Assembly: GCA_900542795.1 (NCBI GenBank)
Contig: UQPD01000001.1
Span: 1-35,744 of the forward strand
DNA: 35,744 bases
From: an uncultured Prevotella sp.
GTDB lineage: Bacteria; Bacteroidota; Bacteroidia; Bacteroidales; Bacteroidaceae
Reading direction: 5' to 3'
Shown: positions 1-9,556 of the stretch, piece by piece
Layout: each line of letters starts with the position of its first letter
How positions within the stretch are numbered: the stretch's first letter is position 1
Made by a program: the position numbers and the translations under genes
The notes under the pieces: model-generated
What the model saw: the letters and a program-made list of their open reading frames with translations, nothing else
Databases searched by the model: none
What the model was told of the DNA's origin: nothing

Positions 1-97
1 AGTTATCTGTATATAAGAGAATGGGTATAGTTTCAACTGCATCCCATTCTATTTTATATTTTGACAGCGTCCACTTATTTCTCGTCTCTTCCATCAT
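1..97 (-). CDS. 5' part of a gene running off the left edge (MMEETRNKWTLSKYKIEWDAVETIPILLYTDN...), function unknown
   Basis: Translated by hand: ATGATG at 97-92 on the minus strand, preceded by an A-rich stretch, and open to the window edge. It is absent from the ORF track because it is truncated. Confidence 0.45.
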   Translation of the reverse strand, partial: MMEETRNKWTLSKYKIEWDAVETIPILLYTDN

Positions 98-287
98 TTT
101 GTCATCCAAACCTCACATTTGTGCAAATAATACCGTTCAAAGTGCAAAAAACAAAAGATATTCTACTTTCAAAGTGCAAAAATTGCACTTTGGAGAATTT
201 TGTATTCTTGCCTTTTTTTTTTTGGGGGGGGGGCGGAATACGGGTTCTAAATTTATATTTTTCTGCACGACATGTAATAGATTTATC

Positions 288-340
288 AAAAAAAAAATCA
301 CGCGCCAGCCTTACCCATTAAGGGTGAGACTGGCGCGTGA
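288..340 (-). terminator. Rho-independent terminator downstream of the TlpA-family gene
   Basis: Hairpin TCACGCGCCAGCCTTACCC-attaa-GGGTGAGACTGGCGCGTGA (298-340) with an A10 run at 288-297, which is a U-tract on the minus strand. Confidence 0.75.
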
Positions 341-431
341 AATATAGATGATGATTCAACCGCACAAGATTTGGCGTTTCTTCAACATAAAACTATGCTG
401 AATTATTTTGCTGATTTTTGAACGCCTTAGC

Positions 432-1502
432 TTATTTGATAACCTCAGCCAATTTATTAGCCAAGTCATCTGCGTGCAGACCACTTGCTACGATTGTGCC
501 ATCAGGACCAATGAGCAAGGTGGCAGGGATGGCATTGATGCCATAAATGCTACCTGCTGCACACTCCCAACCCTTAAGGTCGGAGATGTGATGCCAAGGC
601 AAATCGAGCTTCTTAACTGCACCTGTCCAAGCTGCCTTGTCACTGTCGAACGATACGCCTACAATGTCAAAGCCTTTGTCCTTATATTGGTCGTAAACTT
701 TCTTGAGTGCTGGCATGGATGCACGACAAGGACCACACCATGAAGCCCAAAAGTCTACAAGAATGTATTTGCCCTTACCTACGTAGTCGGAGAGTTTGCT
801 TGCCTTGCCATTCATGTCGAACATTTCAAGGTCGGTGAACTTTGTGCCGGGCAGCTGACGCTTCCAACCAGCTAAACTGCTCTTGATGCGCTCTGTAATG
901 TTGGTGTTCATGTAAGCGGGGTTGCCCTCTTCTGCCAATGCTATCACTTCTTTGCGTTGCATGCTCGATGCTAACTGTGCAAAGTAATAGCCTGGGAACT
1001 TCATGTTTTTGTTCTCTTTGCAGCACTGACGGGTGAGTTCTACCATTCGATCGTAACATGCTTGTTGCACATCGCCCACATGCTGCTTTACGCTATCGGG
1101 CACTTCAAGGTTCTTGTTTTTGTAAGCATAGTATTCGTCAGCTGCTGCACGCAATTTGTCTTGCTCTTTTGAGAAGAGTGCTTCCCATTTGCTCAAGCCT
1201 TCGGTTTCTGCCGAACCTGTAGATGTTTCTTTGTCGAAATCGACTGTTACGTTTCCTTCAAGAAACACGACTACGGCTTTTTGGGCGTCGGTGATGGCAT
1301 AGGCAAATGGTGCTCCCTTTGCATCGCCACTAAAACTGAACTTTCCGTTTGCTACAACCACGCTGTCGGGAGCTGTGCGGGTGCCAAGATGCTGCAAATA
1401 CACCTTTTTTGTTCCCGTAGGAACTGCTCCGCTAACTGTATACTTTTGCGCCATTGCGGGCATGGCCATTAAGGCACAAAGTGCCAAAGTCAACTTTTTC
1501 AT
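432..1502 (-). CDS. TlpA/ResA-like thiol-disulfide oxidoreductase (AhpC/TSA-redoxin domain, N-terminal DUF4369-like domain), secreted
   Basis: Signal peptide MKKLTLALCALMAMPAMA; C-terminal thioredoxin fold with the LVDFWASWCGPC motif and the cis-Pro motif AIPAT. Confidence 0.9.
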   Translation of the reverse strand: MKKLTLALCALMAMPAMAQKYTVSGAVPTGTKKVYLQHLGTRTAPDSVVVANGKFSFSGDAKGAPFAYAITDAQKAVVVFLEGNVTVDFDKETSTGSAETEGLSKWEALFSKEQDKLRAAADEYYAYKNKNLEVPDSVKQHVGDVQQACYDRMVELTRQCCKENKNMKFPGYYFAQLASSMQRKEVIALAEEGNPAYMNTNITERIKSSLAGWKRQLPGTKFTDLEMFDMNGKASKLSDYVGKGKYILVDFWASWCGPCRASMPALKKVYDQYKDKGFDIVGVSFDSDKAAWTGAVKKLDLPWHHISDLKGWECAAGSIYGINAIPATLLIGPDGTIVASGLHADDLANKLAEVIK

Positions 1503-1539
1503 AGGAGTTTTTATGAGTTAAATTCTTCTTTTCAGCGCA

Positions 1540-1576
1540 CAAAGTTAATCAATGTCGAGCAAAATGCTTACTTTTG
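1540..1576. promoter_or_regulatory. Back-to-back divergent Bacteroidetes primary-sigma -7 boxes
   Basis: TAACTTTG on the minus strand (1547-1540) ahead of the TlpA gene and TACTTTTG on the plus strand (1569-1576) ahead of the GT2 gene. Both match the TAnnTTTG consensus. Confidence 0.7.
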
Positions 1577-1608
1577 CACCATAAAATAAATATTTAAACT
1601 CACTAAGA

Positions 1609-2358
1609 ATGGAAAAAAGTGACAGCGTTGTAATTATTCCAACCTACAACGAAAAAGAAAACATAGAAAATATTATCCGTGCCGTACTCGGTTTGGAAGA
1701 GCATGCTTTTCACATTTTGGTAATTGACGATGGGTCGCCCGACGGCACTGCTGACATTGTGAAGGGCTTGATTGCTAACGAATTTAAGAACGAACTTCAC
1801 CTTGTGCAGCGCACTGGTAAGTTGGGTCTTGGCACTGCCTATATTGCAGGTTTTAAGTGGGCTTTGGAACATGGTTACGAATATGTCTTTGAGATGGACG
1901 CTGACTTTAGTCATGCTCCTAAAGATTTGCCACGCCTTTACAACGCTTGTGCTAAAGAGGGTTACGATGTTTCGGTAGGCTCGCGCTATGTGAGCGGTGT
2001 GAATGTTGTGAACTGGCCCATGGGACGTGTGTTGATGAGCTACTATGCCTCGAAATATGTGCGTATGGTTACGGGTGTGCCTCTTCACGACACTACTGCT
2101 GGGTTTGTTTGCTACCGTCGTAAGGTGCTCGAAACAATTAACCTCGATGCCATCCGCTTTAAGGGTTACGCCTTCCAAATTGAAATGAAGTTTACCTCGT
2201 ATAAACTTGGTTTTAAGATTAAGGAGGTACCCGTTGTGTTTGTTAACCGCGAATTGGGCACGAGCAAGATGAGTGGTGGCATTTTCAGCGAAGCACTCTT
2301 TGGCGTTATGCGTTTGCGTTGGGCTGCTATGACTGGTGGCATTAAACCTCGCAAATAA
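1609..2358 (+). CDS. Polyprenol monophosphomannose synthase (DPM1-like GT2 glycosyltransferase)
   Basis: Motifs IIPTYNEKEN, IDDGSPDGT, GLGTAY, EMDADFSH, GSRY and GYAFQIE. Confidence 0.9.
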   Translation: MEKSDSVVIIPTYNEKENIENIIRAVLGLEEHAFHILVIDDGSPDGTADIVKGLIANEFKNELHLVQRTGKLGLGTAYIAGFKWALEHGYEYVFEMDADFSHAPKDLPRLYNACAKEGYDVSVGSRYVSGVNVVNWPMGRVLMSYYASKYVRMVTGVPLHDTTAGFVCYRRKVLETINLDAIRFKGYAFQIEMKFTSYKLGFKIKEVPVVFVNRELGTSKMSGGIFSEALFGVMRLRWAAMTGGIKPRK

Positions 2359-2415
2359 GCAGATGCTATAAAACACTCCACCCCCAAAAACACAGCATAC
2401 ACATAAGAACTCGAC

Positions 2416-3756
2416 ATGCACTTTCGTACACAAATAAAAAACGCTACTATTGTTAACGAGGGACGCCGTTTTATTGGTACTCTTGTTATTGACGATGATC
2501 GCATTGATGAAATAATTGAAGGAGCTGATAGCGAACCTGTTATCCCAGTTGATGAGACGATTGACGGAACGGGTTGCTACCTTTTTCCAGGTGTTATTGA
2601 TGACCACGTTCACTTTCGCGATCCTGGGCTTACGCAAAAAGGTGACTTTAACACTGAAAGCCGTGCAGCTGCTGCTGGCGGTGTGACCACCGTGTTCGAC
2701 ATGCCTAATTGTAACCCACAAACCACCACGATGGAGGCTTTTAAGGAGAAATGGATGATTGCCGCATCGAAAAGCGTGGTGAACTATGGCTTATTCTTTG
2801 GGGCTACAGCGGGCAATGCTTATGAGTTGGGCAAACTTGACTCGCGCAAGGTGGCTGGCATTAAGCTATTTATGGGTTCGTCGACAGGCAACATGTTGGT
2901 TGACAATGAGGTGGCATTGCGTGCCATTTTTGAAAGTGCCAAGTTGCCCATTATGACGCATTGCGAAAATACGCAACTCATTAACGAGAACATGGCTAAG
3001 GCACAAGCTGCCTATGGGAATGACCCCGCTGTGGAACACCATCCTGAAATTCGTAGCGAAGAGGCTTGTTACCAATCAACGGCTTTGGCTGTTAAGTTGG
3101 CGCAGGAGACTGGAGCACGCTTACACGTGGCACACATCTCTACGGCACGCGAACTTGAGTTGATTGATGCTAACAATCCGCGCATCACGGCTGAAGCTTG
3201 TGTGGGGCACCTTGTGTTCTGCGATAAGGACTATGCTAAATTGGGTACACGCATTAAGGTTAACCCGGCTATCAAGACTGAAGCTGACTGCCATGCACTG
3301 CGCGAGGCTTTGAATAATGACAAAATATATACCATTGGTACTGACCATGCTCCACACAAATTGAGCGAAAAGATGGGTGGATGTGCTAAAGCTGCATCGG
3401 GCATGCCTATTATTCAGTTCTCGCTGATTTCAATGCTCGAACTGGTTGACAAAGGTGTGTTGTCGCTCGAACGCATGGTGCAACTGATGTGTCATAATCC
3501 TGCCGAACTCTTGCAAATTGAAAATCGTGGTTACTTGCGCGAGGGTTATAAGGCAGACATTGTGATGGTGCGTCCGCATGTGCCTTGGACGCTTACTCCC
3601 AATCGCATTCAAAGCAAATGTAATTGGAGTCCGCTTGAGGGACATGTGTTCCATTGGCGTGTTGAACGTACTTTCTGCAATGGTTTCCCCATATTTAACC
3701 GTGGGCACGTTACCGACGAGAAGTTCCGTGGACAGGCCGTTTGCTATAACCGCTAA
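2416..3756 (+). CDS. pyrC: Dihydroorotase (amidohydrolase superfamily, long type)
   Basis: Metal-binding motif PGVIDDHVHFRDPG, plus DMPN, KLFMGSSTG, HVAHIST and TDHAPH. Confidence 0.88.
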   Translation: MHFRTQIKNATIVNEGRRFIGTLVIDDDRIDEIIEGADSEPVIPVDETIDGTGCYLFPGVIDDHVHFRDPGLTQKGDFNTESRAAAAGGVTTVFDMPNCNPQTTTMEAFKEKWMIAASKSVVNYGLFFGATAGNAYELGKLDSRKVAGIKLFMGSSTGNMLVDNEVALRAIFESAKLPIMTHCENTQLINENMAKAQAAYGNDPAVEHHPEIRSEEACYQSTALAVKLAQETGARLHVAHISTARELELIDANNPRITAEACVGHLVFCDKDYAKLGTRIKVNPAIKTEADCHALREALNNDKIYTIGTDHAPHKLSEKMGGCAKAASGMPIIQFSLISMLELVDKGVLSLERMVQLMCHNPAELLQIENRGYLREGYKADIVMVRPHVPWTLTPNRIQSKCNWSPLEGHVFHWRVERTFCNGFPIFNRGHVTDEKFRGQAVCYNR

Positions 3757-3769
3757 AAAGACATTTCGC

Positions 3770-4519
3770 ATGATTTACAAAATCTATCAGCTATTCATAG
3801 CCTTGCCCATTGTTTTGGTATCTACCATTCTCACGGCTTTGATTACCAGCATTGGTGGTCTCTTTAACGCGCACATATTTGGCTACTATCCTGGCAAAAT
3901 ATGGTCGCGCATTGTGTGCCGTGTTTTGCTGCTCCCTATTAAGGTGGAAGGTCGCGAAAATATCGACAAGCACCAAAGTTATGTATTTGTGGCAAACCAT
4001 CAAGGTCCGATGGACATCTTCTTGATTTATGGTTATTTGAACCGCAACTTTAAGTGGATGATGAAGAAGGCGCTGCGTAAGATGCCTTTGGTGGGTTATG
4101 CTTGCGAAAAGGCTCGCCATATTTTTGTAGATAAGTCGGGACCTAAGGCTATTAAGGAGACTATTGAAAAGGCGCGTGCTACGCTTCAAGGTGGTACTTC
4201 GTTAGTGGTTTTTCCTGAGGGTTCACGTACTTTTACAGGACACATGGGATTGTTCCGCAAAGGTGCTTTCCAGTTGGCAGATGACTTGCAGTTGCCTGTT
4301 GTGCCTGTAACCATTGATGGTTCGTTTGATGTGCTCACGCGCATGGCTGGACTTAACTTTGTGAACCGCCATCCGATGCGTTTGATTATTCACAAGCCCA
4401 TCTACCCCACTTCGCATAGTCCTGAAGATATTAAACAGACGATGGAGGAGTCGTATCGAGTAATTATGTCGGCTCTGCCCGAAAAGTATCAAGGATATGT
4501 AAAGAACGAAGATCAATAA
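3770..4519 (+). CDS. 1-acyl-sn-glycerol-3-phosphate acyltransferase (PlsC/LPLAT family)
   Basis: NHQGPMD (HX4D) and FPEGSRT motifs. The start is moved to ATG 3770 (MIYKIYQ), just after the pyrC stop. Confidence 0.88.
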   Translation: MIYKIYQLFIALPIVLVSTILTALITSIGGLFNAHIFGYYPGKIWSRIVCRVLLLPIKVEGRENIDKHQSYVFVANHQGPMDIFLIYGYLNRNFKWMMKKALRKMPLVGYACEKARHIFVDKSGPKAIKETIEKARATLQGGTSLVVFPEGSRTFTGHMGLFRKGAFQLADDLQLPVVPVTIDGSFDVLTRMAGLNFVNRHPMRLIIHKPIYPTSHSPEDIKQTMEESYRVIMSALPEKYQGYVKNEDQ

Positions 4520-4528
4520 CTTTAATTT

Positions 4529-4625
4529 GGTTTGGAGTTTTTAGATTTAAGGTTATAAAGCTACATTTATACATTCGCACAATGCATAAACTTTATAATC
4601 TCATAAACCTAAGAACTCCAAAACC
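4529..4625. repeat. Long imperfect inverted repeat between the plsC-like gene and engB
   Basis: GGTTTGGAGTTTTTAGATTTAAGGTTATAAAG (4529-4560) pairs imperfectly with CTTTATAATCTCATAAACCTAAGAACTCCAAAACC (4591-4625). Confidence 0.6.
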
Positions 4626-4671
4626 GATTTATACCCCACCTTATAACCTATTAGCCCCTTATATAGAAAGC

Positions 4672-5271
4672 ATGCAAATCCAAAAAGCCGAATTTGTTGT
4701 GAGCAATAGTCGTGCTGACCAATGCCCACAAACCGATAAGCCCGAATACGCCTTTATTGGCAGAAGTAATGTGGGCAAAAGTAGTCTTATCAATATGCTT
4801 ACGGGACGTAAGGCTTTGGCTATGACCTCGTCTACGCCAGGTAAGACAATGCTTATTAACCACTTTGTTATCAACGACGAATGGTATCTTGTTGACCTTC
4901 CTGGTTATGGTTATGCCAAGCGTGGTAAGCGCGAGGTTGAGGCCTTACAAAAGTTGATTAGCTACTATGTGCTTAATCGCGAACAGCTCACTTGTTTGTT
5001 CGTGCTTATTGACTCTCGTCTTAAACCCCAAAAAATAGATCTTGACTTTATTCGTTTCTTAGGTGAGAATGGTGTTCCTTTTGGCATTATCTTTACCAAA
5101 GCCGACAAATCAAAACGCGGTGAATTGAAAAAGAATGTCGATACCTTTATGAACACGCTTGCCGAGGAATGGGAAGAACTTCCGCCCCACTTTATAACCA
5201 GTAGCGACTCTGGTTTAGGACGCGACACATTCCTTAACTACATAGAAGAAATAAATTCAAGCTTTAAATAA
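4672..5271 (+). CDS. engB: Ribosome biogenesis GTPase EngB/YihA/YsxC
   Basis: G1 [10 protein letters not shown]2 PGKT, G3 DLPGYG and G4 TKAD. The start is moved to ATG 4672 (MQIQKAEF). Confidence 0.93.
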   Translation: MQIQKAEFVVSNSRADQCPQTDKPEYAFIGRSNVGKSSLINMLTGRKALAMTSSTPGKTMLINHFVINDEWYLVDLPGYGYAKRGKREVEALQKLISYYVLNREQLTCLFVLIDSRLKPQKIDLDFIRFLGENGVPFGIIFTKADKSKRGELKKNVDTFMNTLAEEWEELPPHFITSSDSGLGRDTFLNYIEEINSSFK

Positions 5272-5274
5272 GGA

Positions 5275-5305
5275 AGACTACCCAGGCTGTTGCCATGGGT
5301 AGTCT
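5275..5305 (+). terminator. Hairpin directly after engB, built around a REP-like core
   Basis: AGACTACCCA / TGGGTAGTCT 10-bp stem. The core CCCAGGCTGTTGCCATGGG resembles CCCAGGGCGTTGCCATGGG at 5355. There is no U-tract. Confidence 0.5.
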
Positions 5306-5353
5306 GTAAAGTCTAAAAGTTCAGTAAAACAATATTTATTTTATTTGCGCTTC

Positions 5354-5473
5354 GCCCAGGGCGTTGCCATGGGCTATGCGCTGTTGCCCTTTCAGGGCGC
5401 ATTATAGTTTGTATTACTTATTACCTATTACTTGTTTCCACTTAGTTTGTAATACTTAATACTTAATACTTAA
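5354..5473 (-). repeat. Composite repeat: REP-like palindromes plus heptamer arrays; inverted copy of 31455-31585
   Basis: GCCCAGGGCGTTGCCATGGGC and GCCCTTTCAGGGC palindromes, then TTACTTA/TTACCTA/TTACTTG (5414-5434) and (TACTTAA)x3 (5453-5473). Positions 5384-5417 match the reverse complement of 31512-31545 at 33/34 nt. Confidence 0.85.
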
Positions 5474-5483
5474 ATTCTTTCTT

Positions 5484-6653
5484 GTGTTTAGGTCTCTTCT
5501 CATCACATCAGCACTCATACTGTCGGCTGCCTCACTCATATACTCGCATAGTTTAACACGTGCGTTGTATGCAGAAGAGGTGGCTAAGATGGATGTGTGG
5601 TCTGAAGCCATGCGATCGCTAACAACAGCAAACGAAACTACTGACCTAAACCTTGTGTTAAAGGTGATAAACAGCAACCACACCATACCTGTGGTTGTAA
5701 CCGACTCGCATGGAAACATCCTTACACAGCGTAACCTTTCGCCCGAACCCTGCGGTATTGACTCTTTACAAGAGTTACAAAAAGCTACTGAACGCATGCG
5801 CAAAAATGGAGAAATGATGCGCATGAATTTGACAACAACGAACCAACAAACACACGACTACCTATATATATACTACGAAGAGTCGGTTTTATTACGACAA
5901 CTCACCATTTATCCGTACATCCAGCTCATCGTTGTAGCCATATTCTTTATTGTAGCTATCATGGCTTTGTTGGCTTCGAAGCGTGCCGAACAAAACCGAG
6001 TGTGGGTTGGTTTGTCACGTGAAACGGCTCACCAATTGGGTACACCGATTTCATCGCTTATGGCTTGGAGCGAAGTGTTGCACGAAACATATCCTGATGA
6101 TGAGCTATTGCCCGAGATGGACAAAGACATACGACGTTTGCAACTTATAGCCGAACGTTTTTCTAAAATTGGCTCTGCACCTGAACTCAAGTTGCAAGAC
6201 GTGCGCCCCATCATTGCACAAGTGGCAGGATATTTTGACCGTCGCACTTCATCGCGTGTTCACATCACTGTAAACCTTCCCGAAGAACCTGTTGAAACGA
6301 AACTCAATGCACCACTTTTTGAATGGGTGATAGAGAATCTGTGTAAGAATGCCATTGATGCGATGCAGGGCATTGGGACTCTAACACTTACTGTATTGCC
6401 ACAAGCCACAACCCGATATGGACGCAGTTGCTTACAAATTCAAATTACGGACACGGGGAAGGGAATTGCACACAAACATTTTAAAACGGTGTTTAAACCA
6501 GGCTTTACAACCAAGAAACGAGGTTGGGGCTTGGGACTTTCGTTAGCTAAGCGCATTGTGGAGGAATACCACCATGCCCACATCTATGTGCTCAACAGTC
6601 AGGTGGGACAAGGAACTACCTTTGCCATTGAAATGGAACAGCAAATGGAATAA
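5484..6653 (+). CDS. Orphan membrane sensor histidine kinase (HisKA + HATPase_c), possibly PorY-like
   Basis: Two TM segments; H-box ETAHQLGTPISSL, N-box ENLCKNAIDA, DTGKGI, and FTTKKRGWGLGL. No response regulator is adjacent. The GTG start is uncertain. Confidence 0.85.
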   Translation: MFRSLLITSALILSAASLIYSHSLTRALYAEEVAKMDVWSEAMRSLTTANETTDLNLVLKVINSNHTIPVVVTDSHGNILTQRNLSPEPCGIDSLQELQKATERMRKNGEMMRMNLTTTNQQTHDYLYIYYEESVLLRQLTIYPYIQLIVVAIFFIVAIMALLASKRAEQNRVWVGLSRETAHQLGTPISSLMAWSEVLHETYPDDELLPEMDKDIRRLQLIAERFSKIGSAPELKLQDVRPIIAQVAGYFDRRTSSRVHITVNLPEEPVETKLNAPLFEWVIENLCKNAIDAMQGIGTLTLTVLPQATTRYGRSCLQIQITDTGKGIAHKHFKTVFKPGFTTKKRGWGLGLSLAKRIVEEYHHAHIYVLNSQVGQGTTFAIEMEQQME

Positions 6654-6815
6654 AGGAAACTGTGCCTTAGCCCACACTACACCTTTTGTATTATACGTAC
6701 ACAAAACTGCTAAATGCAGTTACTAATACTTGTCTATAAGGGTTGAAGATTGGATATTTTTTCGGTACTGCCCTATTCTGTACCGCTTTTTCCGTCCATT
6801 TGCACAAGAAATATG

Positions 6816-6823
6816 TAATTTTG
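6816..6823 (+). promoter_or_regulatory. Primary-sigma -7 box
   Basis: TAATTTTG(C) about 65 nt upstream of ATG 6887. Confidence 0.6.
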
Positions 6824-6886
6824 CGCTCGAATTGCTTGAGAGTGGTTCTAAAAATTCTGATTTTAAAATTCTACAAAAAGATTGCA

Positions 6887-8116
6887 ATGCTCCATAACCA
6901 TACATTCAAAGGTGCTTGCCGATGGATAACCATTGCTACTTGTTGCATGTTCAGTTTGTATGCCCAAGCTGATGTCACTCACGAATGCACCGACACCACT
7001 GACATTGACTCTGCAAAAGTTGCATGGGTTAACGACAGTGTGCCTGCTAAAGCACACAACGGAATCTTTAAGAAAATAGTAAACTACTTTCGCGATTCAA
7101 ATAAGCAAAAACCTAACAAGAAAATAGACTTTGGCTTTATTCCTGGTCCTAACTATTCTGCTACCACAGGTTTAGGACTCGGACTGCTTGGCACTGCTAC
7201 TTACTCTGCCGACCACACCGACCCTACTCTACCCCGTTCGAATGCTTCAGTATATAGCAACATGACTACGGCAGGTTTCTTTGTGGTTGGATTGCGTGGT
7301 AATCATATCTTTCCGCATGAAAGCTTTCAGCTTGACTATAAGGTAAATCTCTCTACCTTTAGTACCAGCTATTGGGGTATGGGTTATGCCAACGCGGATA
7401 ACGATGATAACGAAACCGATTATCGACGCAATCGCATCAACGCAATGGCACGCTTTATGGTGAAGTTAGCTCCCAACACTTATATCGGTCCGTTTGTTAA
7501 TTATCGCGTTACGCAAGCAAGCGATGTAAATGAGGATTTTTCATACTTGTGGCAAGGACAAGACAAAACGATACATACCTACACTGCCGGATTGTCGTTT
7601 ACCTACGACTCGCGCGACTTTATGCTTAATGCAAGTAAAGGTGTGTTTGTGCAAATTGACCAAACTTTCACGCCACGCTGCTTTGGCAATGGCAAGTATA
7701 ACTTCTCAACTACCGAAGCTACCTTTGCTACTTATGGCAAATTGTGGAAAGGGGCTATTTTGGCTGGCGAACTCCACGGACAGTTTAACTATGGACATAT
7801 TCCTTGGTCGCAACTTGCCACTGTGGGTTCGAACGATCGTATGCGTGGTTACTACGAAGGACGATATAACGATAAAAACGTGATTGAAGGACAAGTGGAA
7901 TTACGCCAACACATCAAAGGTCGCAATGGTGTGGTTGCTTGGGTAGCATTGGCAAATGCCTTCCCCAACTTCAAAAACATTGCTTGGCGATATACCTTGC
8001 CTAATGCAGGTGTAGGATATCGTTGGGAATTCAAGAAACGCATCAACATACGCGTTGACTATGGATTTACAAGAAATGGCGGAGGGCTTATCTTCAACAT
8101 TAACGAGGCTTTCTAA
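6887..8116 (+). CDS. Omp85 (BamA/TamA-family) outer-membrane beta-barrel without evident POTRA domains
   Basis: Signal peptide, YDSRD, MRGYYEGRY (VRGF-like loop 6 motif), GVGYRW, RVDYG and C-terminal EAF. The start is moved to ATG 6887. Confidence 0.8.
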   Translation: MLHNHTFKGACRWITIATCCMFSLYAQADVTHECTDTTDIDSAKVAWVNDSVPAKAHNGIFKKIVNYFRDSNKQKPNKKIDFGFIPGPNYSATTGLGLGLLGTATYSADHTDPTLPRSNASVYSNMTTAGFFVVGLRGNHIFPHESFQLDYKVNLSTFSTSYWGMGYANADNDDNETDYRRNRINAMARFMVKLAPNTYIGPFVNYRVTQASDVNEDFSYLWQGQDKTIHTYTAGLSFTYDSRDFMLNASKGVFVQIDQTFTPRCFGNGKYNFSTTEATFATYGKLWKGAILAGELHGQFNYGHIPWSQLATVGSNDRMRGYYEGRYNDKNVIEGQVELRQHIKGRNGVVAWVALANAFPNFKNIAWRYTLPNAGVGYRWEFKKRINIRVDYGFTRNGGGLIFNINEAF

Positions 8117-8193
8117 ACAGAGGTTTCTCTCAATATAGAAATAGAGCCTCAACACGCTCAAAGTAAAAAATTAAATAAACATTCATATACATC

Positions 8194-9156
8194 ATGAATT
8201 TCAAATCATTCGCATTGAGTGCACTATTACTTTTTGCTGGTAGTGCTACAAGCAAAGCACTTCCTTACGCTCCCGAATATTGGGCTGTGGAACAAGCCGA
8301 AGAGCAAACTGGAAGCATGCAATTTATTCCGAGAGGAAACTTTGAATCGTGGTCTGCACAAACCATTAAGGAAAGTGGCATCATCGGTGGTAACACCGTT
8401 ACATTGATGCACATTGGTGGTCCTTGGGGGTCATCGAACGTATGGGCTAAGGTTAGCGGTGTAACCAAGACTAATACTAGTGTTTATCGCGATAATCACC
8501 CTGGTCATGGTCATTGTGCAAAGCTCTACACACACATTGTTGAGGCTAAGGTGCTTGGCATCATCAACATCAAGGTATTGGCTGCAGGTTCTATTTTCTT
8601 GGGTAACACGATTCAGCCTATTACCGATACCAAGAATCCTATGGCTAAGTTGAATGCAGGTATCAGATTTAGAAAGCGTCCGAAAGCTATTGTCTTCGAC
8701 TATAAAACACATATTGTAAGAGGCAACCGCATTCGTCAGAATGGTATTACCAAAGGTTCTGCCGTAGCAGGACAAGACATGGCAGACTGCATCCTTTATT
8801 TGCAAAAGCGTTGGGAAGATGCCAAAGGTAACATCTATGCAAAGCGCGTAGGTACGATGGTTCACCGTTTTAGCAGCTCTACGAATTGGAGAAACAATCA
8901 GTCGTTTACTATTCACTATGGTGACATCCGTAAGCAAGGTTTCTACAACTCTGCATGGGCACTCACCTCGGGTGCTGTTACTAAATATGCCCGCAACTCT
9001 AAAGGTCGCATGGTACCTGTTAGAGAAGTAGGATGGGCAGCAGCCAACGAAACTCCTACTCACATCGTTCTTCAGTTCGACTCAAGTCATGGTGGTGCCT
9101 ATGTAGGTACAGTTGGCAACACACTTTGGGTAGACAATGTGAGATTAGCCTACTAA
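8194..9156 (+). CDS. Secreted PCMD (putative carbohydrate metabolism domain) protein
   Basis: Signal peptide; GNFESW, WGSSN, AAGSIFLG, F-x-KRPKAI, PTHIVLQFDSSHGG and C-terminal GNTLWVDNVRLAY. Confidence 0.75.
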   Translation: MNFKSFALSALLLFAGSATSKALPYAPEYWAVEQAEEQTGSMQFIPRGNFESWSAQTIKESGIIGGNTVTLMHIGGPWGSSNVWAKVSGVTKTNTSVYRDNHPGHGHCAKLYTHIVEAKVLGIINIKVLAAGSIFLGNTIQPITDTKNPMAKLNAGIRFRKRPKAIVFDYKTHIVRGNRIRQNGITKGSAVAGQDMADCILYLQKRWEDAKGNIYAKRVGTMVHRFSSSTNWRNNQSFTIHYGDIRKQGFYNSAWALTSGAVTKYARNSKGRMVPVREVGWAAANETPTHIVLQFDSSHGGAYVGTVGNTLWVDNVRLAY

Positions 9157-9189
9157 ACAACACGCTCATCTAAATATAAAGAAGCAAAC

Positions 9190-9228
9190 TCCTCGCAACA
9201 TACGTTTATGTTGTGAGGATTTTTTTTT
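9190..9228 (+). terminator. Rho-independent terminator
   Basis: TCCTCGCAACATA-cgtt-TATGTTGTGAGGA followed by a T-tract. Confidence 0.85.
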
Positions 9229-9454
9229 ATAATTATGAGTCCACTTGAAAAAGTCAAAAATCGAGTTCCAATATACAAAACAAAGAAATAAAAGTAAAAC
9301 ACGCACTTTTTACCATTATAAACAACAATACTACAGAGCAACATTGCCAACTAAAACATACAATTCACCTCATTACACGTTCCCTCACCTATAAAAAATA
9401 CTAATAGTACCACTTTCAAGGAAAACTAACACACCTCGTTTAGTTTTTTTGCCG

Positions 9455-9462
9455 TAACTTTG
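9455..9462 (+). promoter_or_regulatory. Primary-sigma -7 box of the RND operon
   Basis: TAACTTTG(CA) about 95 nt upstream of the MFP start. Confidence 0.7.
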
Positions 9463-9556
9463 CACCTAGTTTATATTAGGGTGTAGTGTGCACTAATGGC
9501 AAGACGACCCCTATAAACATAGAAACGAAACAAAAAATTTATATAACTTACAACAC

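Noticed and set aside
21..347. Plus-strand ORFs 21-347 and 61-321
   Set aside because: They run through homopolymer tracts and a terminator, have low-complexity translations, and conflict with the more plausible minus-strand start at 97.
1603..2721. 372-aa antisense ORF, and other antisense ORFs such as 8431-9063 and 14970-15599
   Set aside because: They are shadows of well-supported sense genes and carry no recognisable motifs.
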